A DNA stretch of 64,000 bases, from positions 194,363-258,362 of IMG/VR virus record IMGVR_UViG_3300044701_002789; one strand, given 5' to 3'. The position numbers and the translations under genes are program-made. Numbering within the stretch: position 1 is the stretch's first letter; each line of letters starts with the position of its first letter. The notes beneath the pieces were generated by a model that had not been told where the DNA came from, ran no database searches, and worked only from the letters and a program-made list of their open reading frames with translations. Below, one piece after another: positions 8,233-17,482 of the stretch.

Positions 8233-8622
8233 TTATTCTTCCAGGATTTTAGTATTTAGATCATCCAGTTCAACATCTTCAACAAGATTTTTTATTCTAT
8301 CCATAAAAGATTCATCTAAAGGAATGACTTTTTCTTTCCCGGTTTTTATGTCGTGAGACATTTGTAGAAGACTATCTAAGAAGTATTTTGGGCAAATATC
8401 ATCTTCTAAACTATCCCAAAAATACAGAATACACTGTTCTAAAGGATCATCTGTTTTTAGTAGAGCGTAATTCTCATAGTTATTTCCCATGAGATCCCCC
8501 CAATTCTTAAAAGAGTACCAGCAATTGTGCCATCCTTGTATGATACAAGAATACCAAATATATTCTAACCAACTTAATTTTACTTTATCGGTATTTGTTC
8601 CTAAGATGGGTTTTGAGAACAT
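8233..8622 (-). CDS. hypothetical protein
   Basis: 129-aa ORF downstream of a consensus promoter. Confidence 0.7.
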   Translation of the reverse strand: MFSKPILGTNTDKVKLSWLEYIWYSCIIQGWHNCWYSFKNWGDLMGNNYENYALLKTDDPLEQCILYFWDSLEDDICPKYFLDSLLQMSHDIKTGKEKVIPLDESFMDRIKNLVEDVELDDLNTKILEE

Positions 8623-8685
8623 TATTTTTTTACCTCAGATTGAATACGAACTGGACAAGATGGAACCACTTCTCCAAGTTCTTTC

Positions 8686-8714
8686 ATTATAGACACTTTT
8701 TGTTCTCTTGTCAA
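8686..8714 (-). promoter_or_regulatory. perfect-consensus sigma70 promoter
   Basis: TTGACA-17 nt-TATAAT. Confidence 0.85.
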
Positions 8715-8791
8715 TCCCACCACAGATTGAATTCTATCTCCAATTCCAATAACATCATTACAATTTAATAGTGTTATCAGAAAAATATTCA

Positions 8792-9115
8792 TTAGTCTCT
8801 ACGCCTCCACTCTCCATTATCATTATTATCCCTACGAAACCAGTCTGCAATTTCATCTGGACTATTGAACCCAGTTTTGTGATTGCTGGGATCAGGATCT
8901 CCCAAATCAAGTGCGTTGAGAAACCCATCTGTACTATTTTGATCCATTTCTGGATTCATAGATTTTCTTCGCGCCTGACGAATCATTGTAGCAGCACTAG
9001 CATTTACTTTTGCAAGTTTTTCTGCCCAAATCATTTCGTCTAAACTTACTTCTTCATGGGATACAATTTTTTCACAAATAGACTGAAGTTTTAGACGATA
9101 ATTAGTGCTCAGCAT
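8792..9115 (-). CDS. hypothetical protein
   Basis: 107-aa ORF preceded by AAGGAG. Confidence 0.75.
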   Translation of the reverse strand: MLSTNYRLKLQSICEKIVSHEEVSLDEMIWAEKLAKVNASAATMIRQARRKSMNPEMDQNSTDGFLNALDLGDPDPSNHKTGFNSPDEIADWFRRDNNDNGEWRRRD

Positions 9116-9145
9116 GAATTCTCTCCTTAGTAGTAGTATTTAGAA

Positions 9146-9946
9146 TTAAATTTCAATCCCAAAATCAGCATTGAAATTAAGATTAAGTCCATGATTGTTG
9201 TATCCATTGTAATAACCCCTAGGATTGCAAATGATTCTACATTCCCCAATAGTGTAGTCAAAACTCTCATGAGTATGACCATGACTCCAATATTTAATCT
9301 GAGGATGATCTAAAATGAGATCGTCAAGATCACTGACATAGGCACCGTTTGCAATTCCACTATTTCGGTATTTTTCATGAACAGACTGATAGGAAGGTGC
9401 ATGGTGAGTGAGAACCCAGATTTTATCATTTTTAAATTCTTCTAGTTTCTCTAGAAGATATTGCTTGGATTTTTTATGAAATCCTAGAGTATCATCAGGA
9501 TTCATCTTACGAAACTTTGGAGTAATACGAATGATTTTATAGTCATTCATACACTGAGAAGCTTCCATCATTTCCAGAGCATTCTCATTCCGAAAATCAG
9601 TCCAAAAAGTTGAACCAATAAAAATCCAGTCTTTAATTTTCACATAATCATTCTCAAGAAGGTGAACACCAACTGGCATCTGTTCTCTAAGAACATTCCA
9701 AGATCCTTCATAATTGTATCCGTATGCTTCATGATTGCCTGCAATATACAGGACATGCTCAAAGTTGTCGGAACACTTCTTTAGAAAGTCATCGTAGACC
9801 TTATGGAGTTTTCCATTGGTTTTAAAGTGGCGAGCACAAAGAATGTCACCACCAAGAATCAGAACGTCACCTTCACCTAGGTCTGGGACTCCATGACCAT
9901 ATTCACACATTTCCAGGTGAAGATCACTAACAACTTTAACTTTCAT
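9146..9946 (-). CDS. calcineurin-like metallophosphoesterase
   Basis: SDLH, GGDI, GNHE, THHAP and GHTH motifs. Confidence 0.9.
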   Translation of the reverse strand: MKVKVVSDLHLEMCEYGHGVPDLGEGDVLILGGDILCARHFKTNGKLHKVYDDFLKKCSDNFEHVLYIAGNHEAYGYNYEGSWNVLREQMPVGVHLLENDYVKIKDWIFIGSTFWTDFRNENALEMMEASQCMNDYKIIRITPKFRKMNPDDTLGFHKKSKQYLLEKLEEFKNDKIWVLTHHAPSYQSVHEKYRNSGIANGAYVSDLDDLILDHPQIKYWSHGHTHESFDYTIGECRIICNPRGYYNGYNNHGLNLNFNADFGIEI

Positions 9947-10176
9947 TTCTCAACCTTCCAGTGTTCATTTCCTTCTTTTTGAATCCAAAAAAAGTATTTG
10001 CGATTTATGGACGCCAAGAAAAACATAGTTTCAGTTTCTTGTTCCACTTCGCAAGCATGAAAAGAATTCATTATATTTGCAAATCTATTCTTTGCTTTTG
10101 AACTTAGTGGAATCACATTAACAATCTTTCTTTTCACTTTACCAAGTTTCAGTGGTGTACTAGTGCAGTTTAGCAT
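9943..10176 (-). CDS. hypothetical protein
   Basis: Start moved to MLNCTSTP to avoid overlap with 10190..10372. Confidence 0.65.
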   Translation of the reverse strand: MLNCTSTPLKLGKVKRKIVNVIPLSSKAKNRFANIMNSFHACEVEQETETMFFLASINRKYFFWIQKEGNEHWKVEK

Positions 10177-10189
10177 GATCTCATCCCCA

Positions 10190-10372
10190 TCAGAGGAACT
10201 GAGTGACACCTTGCCCACTGTCCTCCCTGTGTGATTTGATGAACGCATTTGCTTCATGAACAGTTCTAACATCCCCGATTTGCTGACCTCTATGGATAAT
10301 CACAAGTCTCTTTCCCCAAGGAACTGCCATGTATCCATCTGGAGTTTCAAACCCATCACTTTTTCTGGGCAT
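10190..10372 (-). CDS. hypothetical protein
   Basis: 60-aa ORF. Confidence 0.65.
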   Translation of the reverse strand: MPRKSDGFETPDGYMAVPWGKRLVIIHRGQQIGDVRTVHEANAFIKSHREDSGQGVTQFL

Positions 10373-10940
10373 AATATTCTAAATCTTCATTATATCTTTG
10401 TATAATCATGAGGCAAATGTTATCAAAATTTATAATATTTTTTTCCAACTGCTCCAAAGAAGAATCAAAATTATTTGTCATTGATTCTATTAAATCAAAA
10501 GAAGGAATGCATGATGACAATAACGCCAGTGCAGATATGATATAAGCAGCAGTATGATGACCAGGAGAAATATCTGGCATTTTAATAATCTGCTCAAAAG
10601 GATTTACTGGAGCGTCTTCATATAGTGGATGATTTTCCGAATACCAATAGATTGCCGCCAAACCACAAAGATACACACAGTCTTTGATTAAAAAATCTTT
10701 AGATTGAACATCCATTTTATCCAAATCTTCTTTACTAGGCATCATTCCATTTTTCAGTGCCGAAGATACTTCTTCTGGAACATCGCCAAATTCTTGATCT
10801 TCATCCATAACCCTAAAAAGATCATGCCGATTTGCCAAACATTCCAAATATCTTAAAGCAAACTCTGTAGTTTGTTCGGTCTGCTCTTTTACTTCACTGA
10901 TTCGTGTCTGTAGTGCTTTGATGTTAAATTTATCTTCCAT
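10356..10940 (-). CDS. hypothetical protein
   Basis: 194-aa ORF with TAATG coupling. Confidence 0.75.
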   Translation of the reverse strand: MEDKFNIKALQTRISEVKEQTEQTTEFALRYLECLANRHDLFRVMDEDQEFGDVPEEVSSALKNGMMPSKEDLDKMDVQSKDFLIKDCVYLCGLAAIYWYSENHPLYEDAPVNPFEQIIKMPDISPGHHTAAYIISALALLSSCIPSFDLIESMTNNFDSSLEQLEKNIINFDNICLMIIQRYNEDLEYYAQKK

Positions 10941-11509
10941 TATTCTACCAAAAATTGTTTTTCATAGTCCAAAATTTCTTGAGGAGTTTCAATATAATTA
11001 CTCACATAATCTGTTGGAGTATTATACCAGTTTCTTCCGTAATTTCTTCTGAGCAATCTAATGTCAAGATGCTGATACTTTTTATCAGTGGGCACATATA
11101 TCTTAAAATCGCCCGCCTTATTGGACGTTAATAAAGAAAGTCTTCGGTTTTCATCCGAAGTAATGTCTATGGTGGTACACGCTATGAGAAAAATCTCTTT
11201 GAACTTATCGTAGTCTGTCAGGTATATATCTGGATTATCCATGATCATCCTAGCAATAAACTGAGGAGAGTAGCAGTGGTCTTTACAGATCGTCCATTTT
11301 GGGTTGCTTCTCTTCTCCAGTAAAGCGTTTTCTGTGATGTACCCCGAGGGCATTGAGAGAGCGTGTACTAGGTCGTAGTACGGTCTCGTAACCCCTCGGA
11401 GCACATCCTTATCATTCGGTTTGGACTGCCATAGATCTAAACATGCTCGTAAGCAGTGAAAAGCAATTAAACAATAAATATCAATTCTGTATTGAGTTGT
11501 TAGTTTCAT
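10940..11509 (-). CDS. hypothetical protein, possible His-Me (HNH-like) nuclease fold
   Basis: CKDHCYSP ... ITSDEN spacing; the function is inferred. Confidence 0.6.
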   Translation of the reverse strand: MKLTTQYRIDIYCLIAFHCLRACLDLWQSKPNDKDVLRGVTRPYYDLVHALSMPSGYITENALLEKRSNPKWTICKDHCYSPQFIARMIMDNPDIYLTDYDKFKEIFLIACTTIDITSDENRRLSLLTSNKAGDFKIYVPTDKKYQHLDIRLLRRNYGRNWYNTPTDYVSNYIETPQEILDYEKQFLVE

Positions 11510-11545
11510 TCAATAAAATAAAATAATTTGCAACCTAATTTTATA

Positions 11546-12106
11546 TTAGGATCTACCAAGTCTCCACCCATCCCCAGGACACTCTACACTCATAGTTGTT
11601 TTTTGTCCATCTGTCCACCACACTTTTCCTTTTGTTGGACTAGATTTTCCTTTTCTAGTTCTACTCATCTTTTGTCTAGCTTCAAAACTATGATTTTTTC
11701 CCGACCAATAATCACATTTTTTTCTATATTCGTCATTCATTTTTTTACCTTTATTCCAAACATCATAACTTAAAGGTTTATTTTTTCTGGATTCTGAAAG
11801 TTTTCTTTTAGTTTCCAATGATCTTTTTCTGCCCAAATGATTTGGTGGATGATCGCCACCATTAGTCATATTAATAAGAATTCCTGTGCCCAAATCTTTT
11901 CTTCCAAATAAAGAAATCATGTATATTTCATGATTAAAAGCATGTATTTCATCCTTAAAATATTTTAAAATAATTATATTTTTGGGATTATTTGGTCGTA
12001 TATCCAAAGATCCTCTTTTATGTGATTGATATGCTCTATTTTTAGATCCTTTTCCAATATAATAAGGAGTTTTATCTTCTCGCAGATATGCGTAGGTATA
12101 ATACAT
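11546..12106 (-). mobile_element. free-standing GIY-YIG homing endonuclease with NUMOD3 repeats
   Basis: YTYAY-(8)-YYIG, conserved R, E and NMTNGG; G.K(R/H)S.E.(K/R).K.S repeats. Confidence 0.85.
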
Positions 12107-12108
12107 TT

Positions 12109-12169
12109 ATGTCTGGGGATAACTGCTGATATTTATATGGGACTTACACAATTATATCTCCCCAGACAT
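12109..12169 (-). promoter_or_regulatory. 11-bp stem enclosing a late promoter upstream of the endonuclease
   Basis: ATGTCTGGGGA (12109-12119) pairs with TCCCCAGACAT (12159-12169); TATAAATA at 12130-12137 in the loop. Confidence 0.75.
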
Positions 12170-12197
12170 TAATTGATGCCCACATCAATAATTTAGA

Positions 12198-13427
12198 TCA
12201 TTTAATTACATCAGCAACAATATTTCCCCTAACGAACACCTCATCAACAACATTTTCAACTCTTTTAGCAGTTGCAACACCTACTTTATTATTGTAAACT
12301 GGAATAACTATTTTACCAAAAGGTTTTAGATAATTATCAAAATCACCAGGAATAAGTTCGCCAGATTTGATACGAAGAGTATCTACAGGGTGAACTCTGA
12401 TACAACGACCAATACTTTGAACAGTTGAAACAAAATTTTGCTGCCGCAAAAAAATGCATGATTGAATACCAGGAACGCTGATTCCCTCAGTCAAAATCCC
12501 AATATGAAGAACAACAAATTTTCTATTAGGATCAGAACCATAATTATTCAGGGTTTCTAAAAATTCTCTACGCGAAACTTTACGATTATTAATGTGAGCT
12601 CCCCAACGGCTAGTAATATGCATAACATCATAACCATTCTCTCGCATTTCTTCCAGGAAGGAAGTCATGGCAAACATTGCCATCATAACCCTGGTACTGG
12701 GAGCGACAATCAGAACTTTATCCATTTGTTCTTCATTGAAGATAGTATCACAGAGAGTATAGAAGTCTCGCTCAGCAGCATTGTTCTTGTCACGATAAGA
12801 TCCAATTTCCATAACAGAAGTCTTCGGAGGAAGAATGCTACCGTTCTTGAGAAGTTCTGGTGCGCTAACATTATGAATCTTGCTACCAAACACTTCAGCA
12901 TCGTTGTTTCCGGGTTTGGAAGCAACCTGACTGAACTTAGGAGTTGCAGTCATAGAATAGAAGTGATTGGACATCGCACTGAGATCCTTGACAGAATCAA
13001 AGAACCGACGATTAACAGCATTGTGACACTCATCAAGATACACAGTATCAATCTCAATCTCTGCCTTGACGATTTTATCAAGAGAGTGGTAAGTAGTGAA
13101 GATAAGTTTGTTACCTTCTGTAGTCTCATGCCAATAGGCAAGTTCTAGAAAATCTTTGATGCGAGTGTGCTTGGTTTCACCACTATGTACATGAGCAACG
13201 TGAACACCACTAATGAGCGTCTCAAACTCATGAGACAGTTGTTGACAAAGAAGAATCTTCGGTGCAACAACTACAATGGTTTTGTTCTGACCTTGCTCAA
13301 AGCGATACTTCGCATCAGCAATCATCATGATGGTCTTACCCGCACTCGTAGGAGCGACTGTAAGCATCATGGAATGCTCACGCATCAGAGAAAAAACTTC
13401 TTCTTGTTGGGGACGGAGTTCAATCAT
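12198..13427 (-). CDS. superfamily 2 (DExH) helicase
   Basis: APTSAGKT, DECH, TAT, EGIS and QSIGR motifs. Confidence 0.9.
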   Translation of the reverse strand: MIELRPQQEEVFSLMREHSMMLTVAPTSAGKTIMMIADAKYRFEQGQNKTIVVVAPKILLCQQLSHEFETLISGVHVAHVHSGETKHTRIKDFLELAYWHETTEGNKLIFTTYHSLDKIVKAEIEIDTVYLDECHNAVNRRFFDSVKDLSAMSNHFYSMTATPKFSQVASKPGNNDAEVFGSKIHNVSAPELLKNGSILPPKTSVMEIGSYRDKNNAAERDFYTLCDTIFNEEQMDKVLIVAPSTRVMMAMFAMTSFLEEMRENGYDVMHITSRWGAHINNRKVSRREFLETLNNYGSDPNRKFVVLHIGILTEGISVPGIQSCIFLRQQNFVSTVQSIGRCIRVHPVDTLRIKSGELIPGDFDNYLKPFGKIVIPVYNNKVGVATAKRVENVVDEVFVRGNIVADVIK

Positions 13428-13450
13428 GGCGAATGGTTTTCTATGAGGTT

Positions 13451-13507
13451 ATTGTACAGCAAAAAAAGCCTCTACAAGAACCAGAGTGGACAGTCTTTAA
13501 AGTGTCC
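13451..13507 (-). promoter_or_regulatory. early promoter-like element, copy 5
   Basis: GGACACTT-TAAA-GACTGTCCA, 30 nt, TACAAT (13451-13456). Confidence 0.7.
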
Positions 13508-13553
13508 TGATTCTTATAGAAGCTTATAACTTGTCTTGAAGCGGCACAAACCT

Positions 13554-13582
13554 ATCCTAGGTATGTTTTAGATTCTTGTCAA
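13554..13582 (-). promoter_or_regulatory. sigma70-type promoter
   Basis: TTGACA-17 nt-TAGGAT. Confidence 0.6.
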
Positions 13583-13999
13583 GCCCTTGTGTTTTAGGTA
13601 ATCTTGGTATAGGATTGACTCAAAATAATGTGCCTCAATCTCATGAGGTTGTTCCCAATAATCCAAATCATCAACACACTCCCCATCAAAATATCTTTTG
13701 GATGATCGGTATTTCATCTCCCCTTTCACCCATTGATACATATGCCAGAGTTCATGGCAAAGAACCTTAATGTAATCTTTTTTACTTAGGTAAGTGTTTA
13801 TTTCAATTAAAAAACTTCTTGGTCTATAGGTTTCTCCGGATATGTCACAATATCCGATTACTTTTTCTTTATTGAGACCACGATGGAGAACTTCAATCTC
13901 TAACTTATATCTTGGGAGGTATTCGGACACGAACCAACAAACAACATCTTTACATAGACGCTTTGAGTATCCGTATCCAGTTGTTTCAAGGATGATCAT
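13568..13999 (-). CDS. zincin-like metallopeptidase domain protein
   Basis: HELWH (HExxH) plus downstream PHEIEA. Confidence 0.75.
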   Translation of the reverse strand: MIILETTGYGYSKRLCKDVVCWFVSEYLPRYKLEIEVLHRGLNKEKVIGYCDISGETYRPRSFLIEINTYLSKKDYIKVLCHELWHMYQWVKGEMKYRSSKRYFDGECVDDLDYWEQPHEIEAHYFESILYQDYLKHKGLTRI

Positions 14000-14031
14000 T
14001 GGAGGTCATATGGGCACTAGGATGCCTTCAT

Positions 14032-14088
14032 AGCATAAGGCACCTCACAGGCGCTCCTGGAGGTGCCTCAGACGGTTTCTGATCCGTC
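14032..14088 (-). promoter_or_regulatory. early promoter-like element, copy 6 (divergent)
   Basis: GACGGAT-CAGA-AACCGTCTG, 31 nt containing a 9-bp hairpin, TATGCT (14032-14037). Confidence 0.55.
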
Positions 14089-14090
14089 CT

Positions 14091-15572
14091 TCAGTCGGTG
14101 TCAAAGAAAAACATTTGCCATAGTCGTCCATTGTCCATAACTGTCCCAAAGTATTGAGAAGCACTATGAATACAACTTGCATCAAAGATAACCAGACGAT
14201 TATAAACATTTCCTAGAACATCAACAGGTTCAAATGGGGTTCCATCTAAATGACACCCTCCAGGAACATCAATCCACGCATCATTCCATCCTTCCTCATA
14301 ATAAGTTCTTGCTTTTGTTTTCTTGTTAGCGTATAATGTGGTTCCACACTGATATGGTGCATTCGGTGTGAGGTACAACATACCACCCCACTTTTGATCG
14401 TCGCAATGATAAACTAAAGGTTCACCAGACCACGCAACTTGAAATCTCCCATTCATCCCATGTTCTTCCCACTTTGTTATTTTTCTTCCCATGATTTCTT
14501 CAAATTTTTCTTTGAGTCCAGGAAATAAAAATTGTTGATGAGTTCTTCTTCCAATGAATCCCCTACCCAAACCACCTTCAAGATAGTCTTGTTTTAATGC
14601 AAACTCTCTTACTTCATCTGGGTTCTCATAAAAGTTATCTATAATCCAAGAAGTTGATTTGGAGTTAATATTAATATTAAATAGATTTTCTTGTTTAGGA
14701 AGCAAGAAATTTCTTACATTTGGCAAATTGAAGATAATTTGTGGTAACAGATTAACTGGATAATTTTTTTGACTTAGTTTACTAGTTTGTTCTACTTCAA
14801 TAATATCTTTCATAGATTCTGAACTTAAAGTATTAAGGTTGGAAAGATTATCGGATAAAACAGTAGTTTTTGCTTTATATTTTCTTAAAGTTTCATCTCC
14901 CATCCAAGTAAAATGCCACCCACAGTCTTCAATTATTTTTCCATTTTCAGTAATCCAAACCGGATCCAATGGACTACCATATTGTCCCCTGAATTTTGTC
15001 GGAGATCCTCCATTTGATAATTGTCTTTTAGTACACAAAAGAAGAGATTGACTCCAATCTGCCGGCACATCTCCCTCATAAAGTCTTTTATTCGCTTGAC
15101 CTTCTAAAAGAACTAAAGGAACTTTAATGATATTGTTTGGAATATTTCTACAACATGTTGAAAAATATAGAATAAATTCTGGATTGATTATTTCATCACA
15201 ATCACTTACGATAAAAACATCATCATCATCGTATTCATCTATTACAGACATTAGAGCATCTCTTTGTAATCTTTCTCTAGTCCAATTTTTAACTTGAGTT
15301 GATTTTGCTTCTAATGAATAGACATAATCAGATTCATCTGGAATTAAATCTTCACTATCCGGCACAATAGTTTCAATAACCTGAATTTTATCCTTTGGTA
15401 AATTAAGATCTTCTATTAGTTTTTTACAAATAAAATCTTTATCATCTCCATTATGTGTTTTATTTGATTCAGAGATAATAAACTTATCCACATGATCTTT
15501 TAGTAGATTAATTCTAAGTTCTAATAATTCTTTTTCAATGAAAAAAGTAAAATAATCAATAATCTTTTTCAT
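14091..15572 (-). CDS. GT17-like glycosyltransferase fused to a 2OG-Fe(II) oxygenase-like domain
   Basis: N-terminal ELLELRI..FIISES, RE..QR, SDCDEI, GWHFTW; C-terminal IDNFY, HCD, YNRLVIF, HSA, RLWQMFFF. Confidence 0.8.
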   Translation of the reverse strand: MKKIIDYFTFFIEKELLELRINLLKDHVDKFIISESNKTHNGDDKDFICKKLIEDLNLPKDKIQVIETIVPDSEDLIPDESDYVYSLEAKSTQVKNWTRERLQRDALMSVIDEYDDDDVFIVSDCDEIINPEFILYFSTCCRNIPNNIIKVPLVLLEGQANKRLYEGDVPADWSQSLLLCTKRQLSNGGSPTKFRGQYGSPLDPVWITENGKIIEDCGWHFTWMGDETLRKYKAKTTVLSDNLSNLNTLSSESMKDIIEVEQTSKLSQKNYPVNLLPQIIFNLPNVRNFLLPKQENLFNININSKSTSWIIDNFYENPDEVREFALKQDYLEGGLGRGFIGRRTHQQFLFPGLKEKFEEIMGRKITKWEEHGMNGRFQVAWSGEPLVYHCDDQKWGGMLYLTPNAPYQCGTTLYANKKTKARTYYEEGWNDAWIDVPGGCHLDGTPFEPVDVLGNVYNRLVIFDASCIHSASQYFGTVMDNGRLWQMFFFDTD

Positions 15573-16190
15573 TTAATACCACTCTGTAAATTTAATTCTA
15601 TTTTCCGAAAATACTTTTTTGTAATTTTCTATTTTATTTCTATAAACAACTAAATCATCAAAAAAATGTGGATGAAATTCAATGTAAATTTCATTAATGT
15701 ATTTAATTGTGCCAGATGATATTAATTTATCTATAATATCAAATTCGCTTCCTTCAACATCTAATTTTACAACAATAAAATCATTAATACTAGAAAATGT
15801 TTCTATAATATTTGAAAAATCTAATACCCTTACTATCTCTGTTTCTGAATTATATTTAATTGGATTCTCTTGTAATTTTTGTGGGGGATTTAATAATATA
15901 TTAGAAGACTGCCCAGTAAATGTACCAACTTCAGTTCCATCCCAAATAGTAGATTCGGATAGGTTTAAATTTACATAATCATTTTTATTAGATACACCAG
16001 CATTAAAATGAATAATATTCAATCCATCATCTAATAATTTTAAATAATTTTCTTTTGAACTAATATATGTTTTTGGATTTGGTTCAAAACAATAACATTC
16101 CCAACTAGAATCTATACCATAGATTTTAGATATTTCGTTGAACCCCTGAAACAAGTGTGTTCCGCAGTCAAAGAATTTTTTTTTTTTAAA
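15573..16190 (-). CDS. FkbM-family methyltransferase domain, out of frame with the upstream gene at an A12 tract
   Basis: Frame opens FKKKKFFDCGTHLFQG (SAM motif I) with no ATG; FEPNP, KLDVEGSEF, IEFH. Confidence 0.8.
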   Translation of the reverse strand, partial: FKKKKFFDCGTHLFQGFNEISKIYGIDSSWECYCFEPNPKTYISSKENYLKLLDDGLNIIHFNAGVSNKNDYVNLNLSESTIWDGTEVGTFTGQSSNILLNPPQKLQENPIKYNSETEIVRVLDFSNIIETFSSINDFIVVKLDVEGSEFDIIDKLISSGTIKYINEIYIEFHPHFFDDLVVYRNKIENYKKVFSENRIKFTEWY

Positions 16191-17482
16191 TTTTTATTAG
16201 TACTCTGAATTTCATTATTAATATAAACCATAAATTCACAATTATAAGTGTCAATAAAAGTATCATCAAATATTTTATCAGTTATGTCTAGTGATTTTCC
16301 CCAAGAAATATTTTGTCTGGTGCAAGACATTACCTTGTAATCGTTGAACTTAGTTAAATATGTATCTCTGAATTTTTTGAATTTTTCTCTGAAATTATAA
16401 CCTTTGAGGTGAATTTCTATTGATATAAATTTAACATTATTGAATATAAAATCTATATTTTCTTCGGTAAAAATATTATATTCACCACCTTCACAGTCAA
16501 CTTTCATATAATCAATATGATTAATTGAATATGTTGATATAAGTTCTTTAAAAGTAATGGGAATAAAACTCTTATCATTCCCAAAAACATTAATTTCATC
16601 AGTATTATTACTTACTATTCCATTATTAATATAAGTTATTGATGTATTAAAGTTATTGAATAATTTTTCGGAACAGTTTTTAACCAATGTTTTTAGTAAA
16701 TTTTTAGATGGTTCAACACAATATACTTTTTTTGGTTTTTGATCTAAAATTGATATAGTATATGCACCAACACTTGCACCAATATCCAAAACAATATCAT
16801 TTTCTTTTACATCTTTCCAAAATCTATAAACATTTTCATGTATCACTTCTCTTTCTATTGTAACAATGTCTTCTTCCGTTAGGTCTGCCCAATCAAAGTT
16901 GTTTGGATAATTAAATGTTTGACCGATTGAATTTTTTCCTAATCTAATTAAGTTTTGATTTATACTATTTTTGTGTAATTCATCAAAATTATCCCAGTAA
17001 TTTTTTGTAAGAAGATCAAATAGATTTCTACTTTCATCACCTTTACCCCACCACCAAGCTGCAACTGCTTTTTGGAATAACAATAAATGTTTTCCACTAT
17101 ACTCAGGAATGTTAATACTTTCTATTTCATTATTATGACATTGTAGACCAAGATTTGCATAGGTATAACAACTTTGCCATTCTTGGTTCTTTTCATACAA
17201 TAGAGATAAGAAATAATATGCCTCTGGTCTTTGTGGCAATAAGTTTAAGGCATTTTCTAATGTTACTTTTTCAGTATTATCTCTTGAACCTTGTAATTTA
17301 TAACAAAACGCTGATTTTAGTAAACATTCATAAGCAAGTAAATCATTTTTAGATCTTTCCGCAGTTCTTAGATAATAAGTGTGTGCGGGTGCATACTGAC
17401 CTTGTTTTTCATACCATTTCGCGAGATTATAATTATTTTCTGGATTTTCGGTATCTAGTGAAAATTTAATAAGCTCATTCAT
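16112..17482 (-). CDS. TPR domain + FkbM-family methyltransferase
   Basis: TPR-like N-terminus (PQRPEAYYFL); LDIGASVG, VEP, KVDCEGGE, IEIH. Confidence 0.85.
   Translation of the reverse strand: MNELIKFSLDTENPENNYNLAKWYEKQGQYAPAHTYYLRTAERSKNDLLAYECLLKSAFCYKLQGSRDNTEKVTLENALNLLPQRPEAYYFLSLLYEKNQEWQSCYTYANLGLQCHNNEIESINIPEYSGKHLLLFQKAVAAWWWGKGDESRNLFDLLTKNYWDNFDELHKNSINQNLIRLGKNSIGQTFNYPNNFDWADLTEEDIVTIEREVIHENVYRFWKDVKENDIVLDIGASVGAYTISILDQKPKKVYCVEPSKNLLKTLVKNCSEKLFNNFNTSITYINNGIVSNNTDEINVFGNDKSFIPITFKELISTYSINHIDYMKVDCEGGEYNIFTEENIDFIFNNVKFISIEIHLKGYNFREKFKKFRDTYLTKFNDYKVMSCTRQNISWGKSLDITDKIFDDTFIDTYNCEFMVYINNEIQSTNKNLKKKNSLTAEHTCFRGSTKYLKSMV

Noticed and set aside
11510-12197. Group I intron around the GIY-YIG gene
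   Set aside because: Both flanking genes look complete and the flanks are too short for an intron core, so the endonuclease is free-standing.
14091-14760. 2OG oxygenase domains (here and 27533..27991) as collagen prolyl hydroxylases
   Set aside because: The collagen-like tracts contain essentially no proline, so another substrate is more likely.
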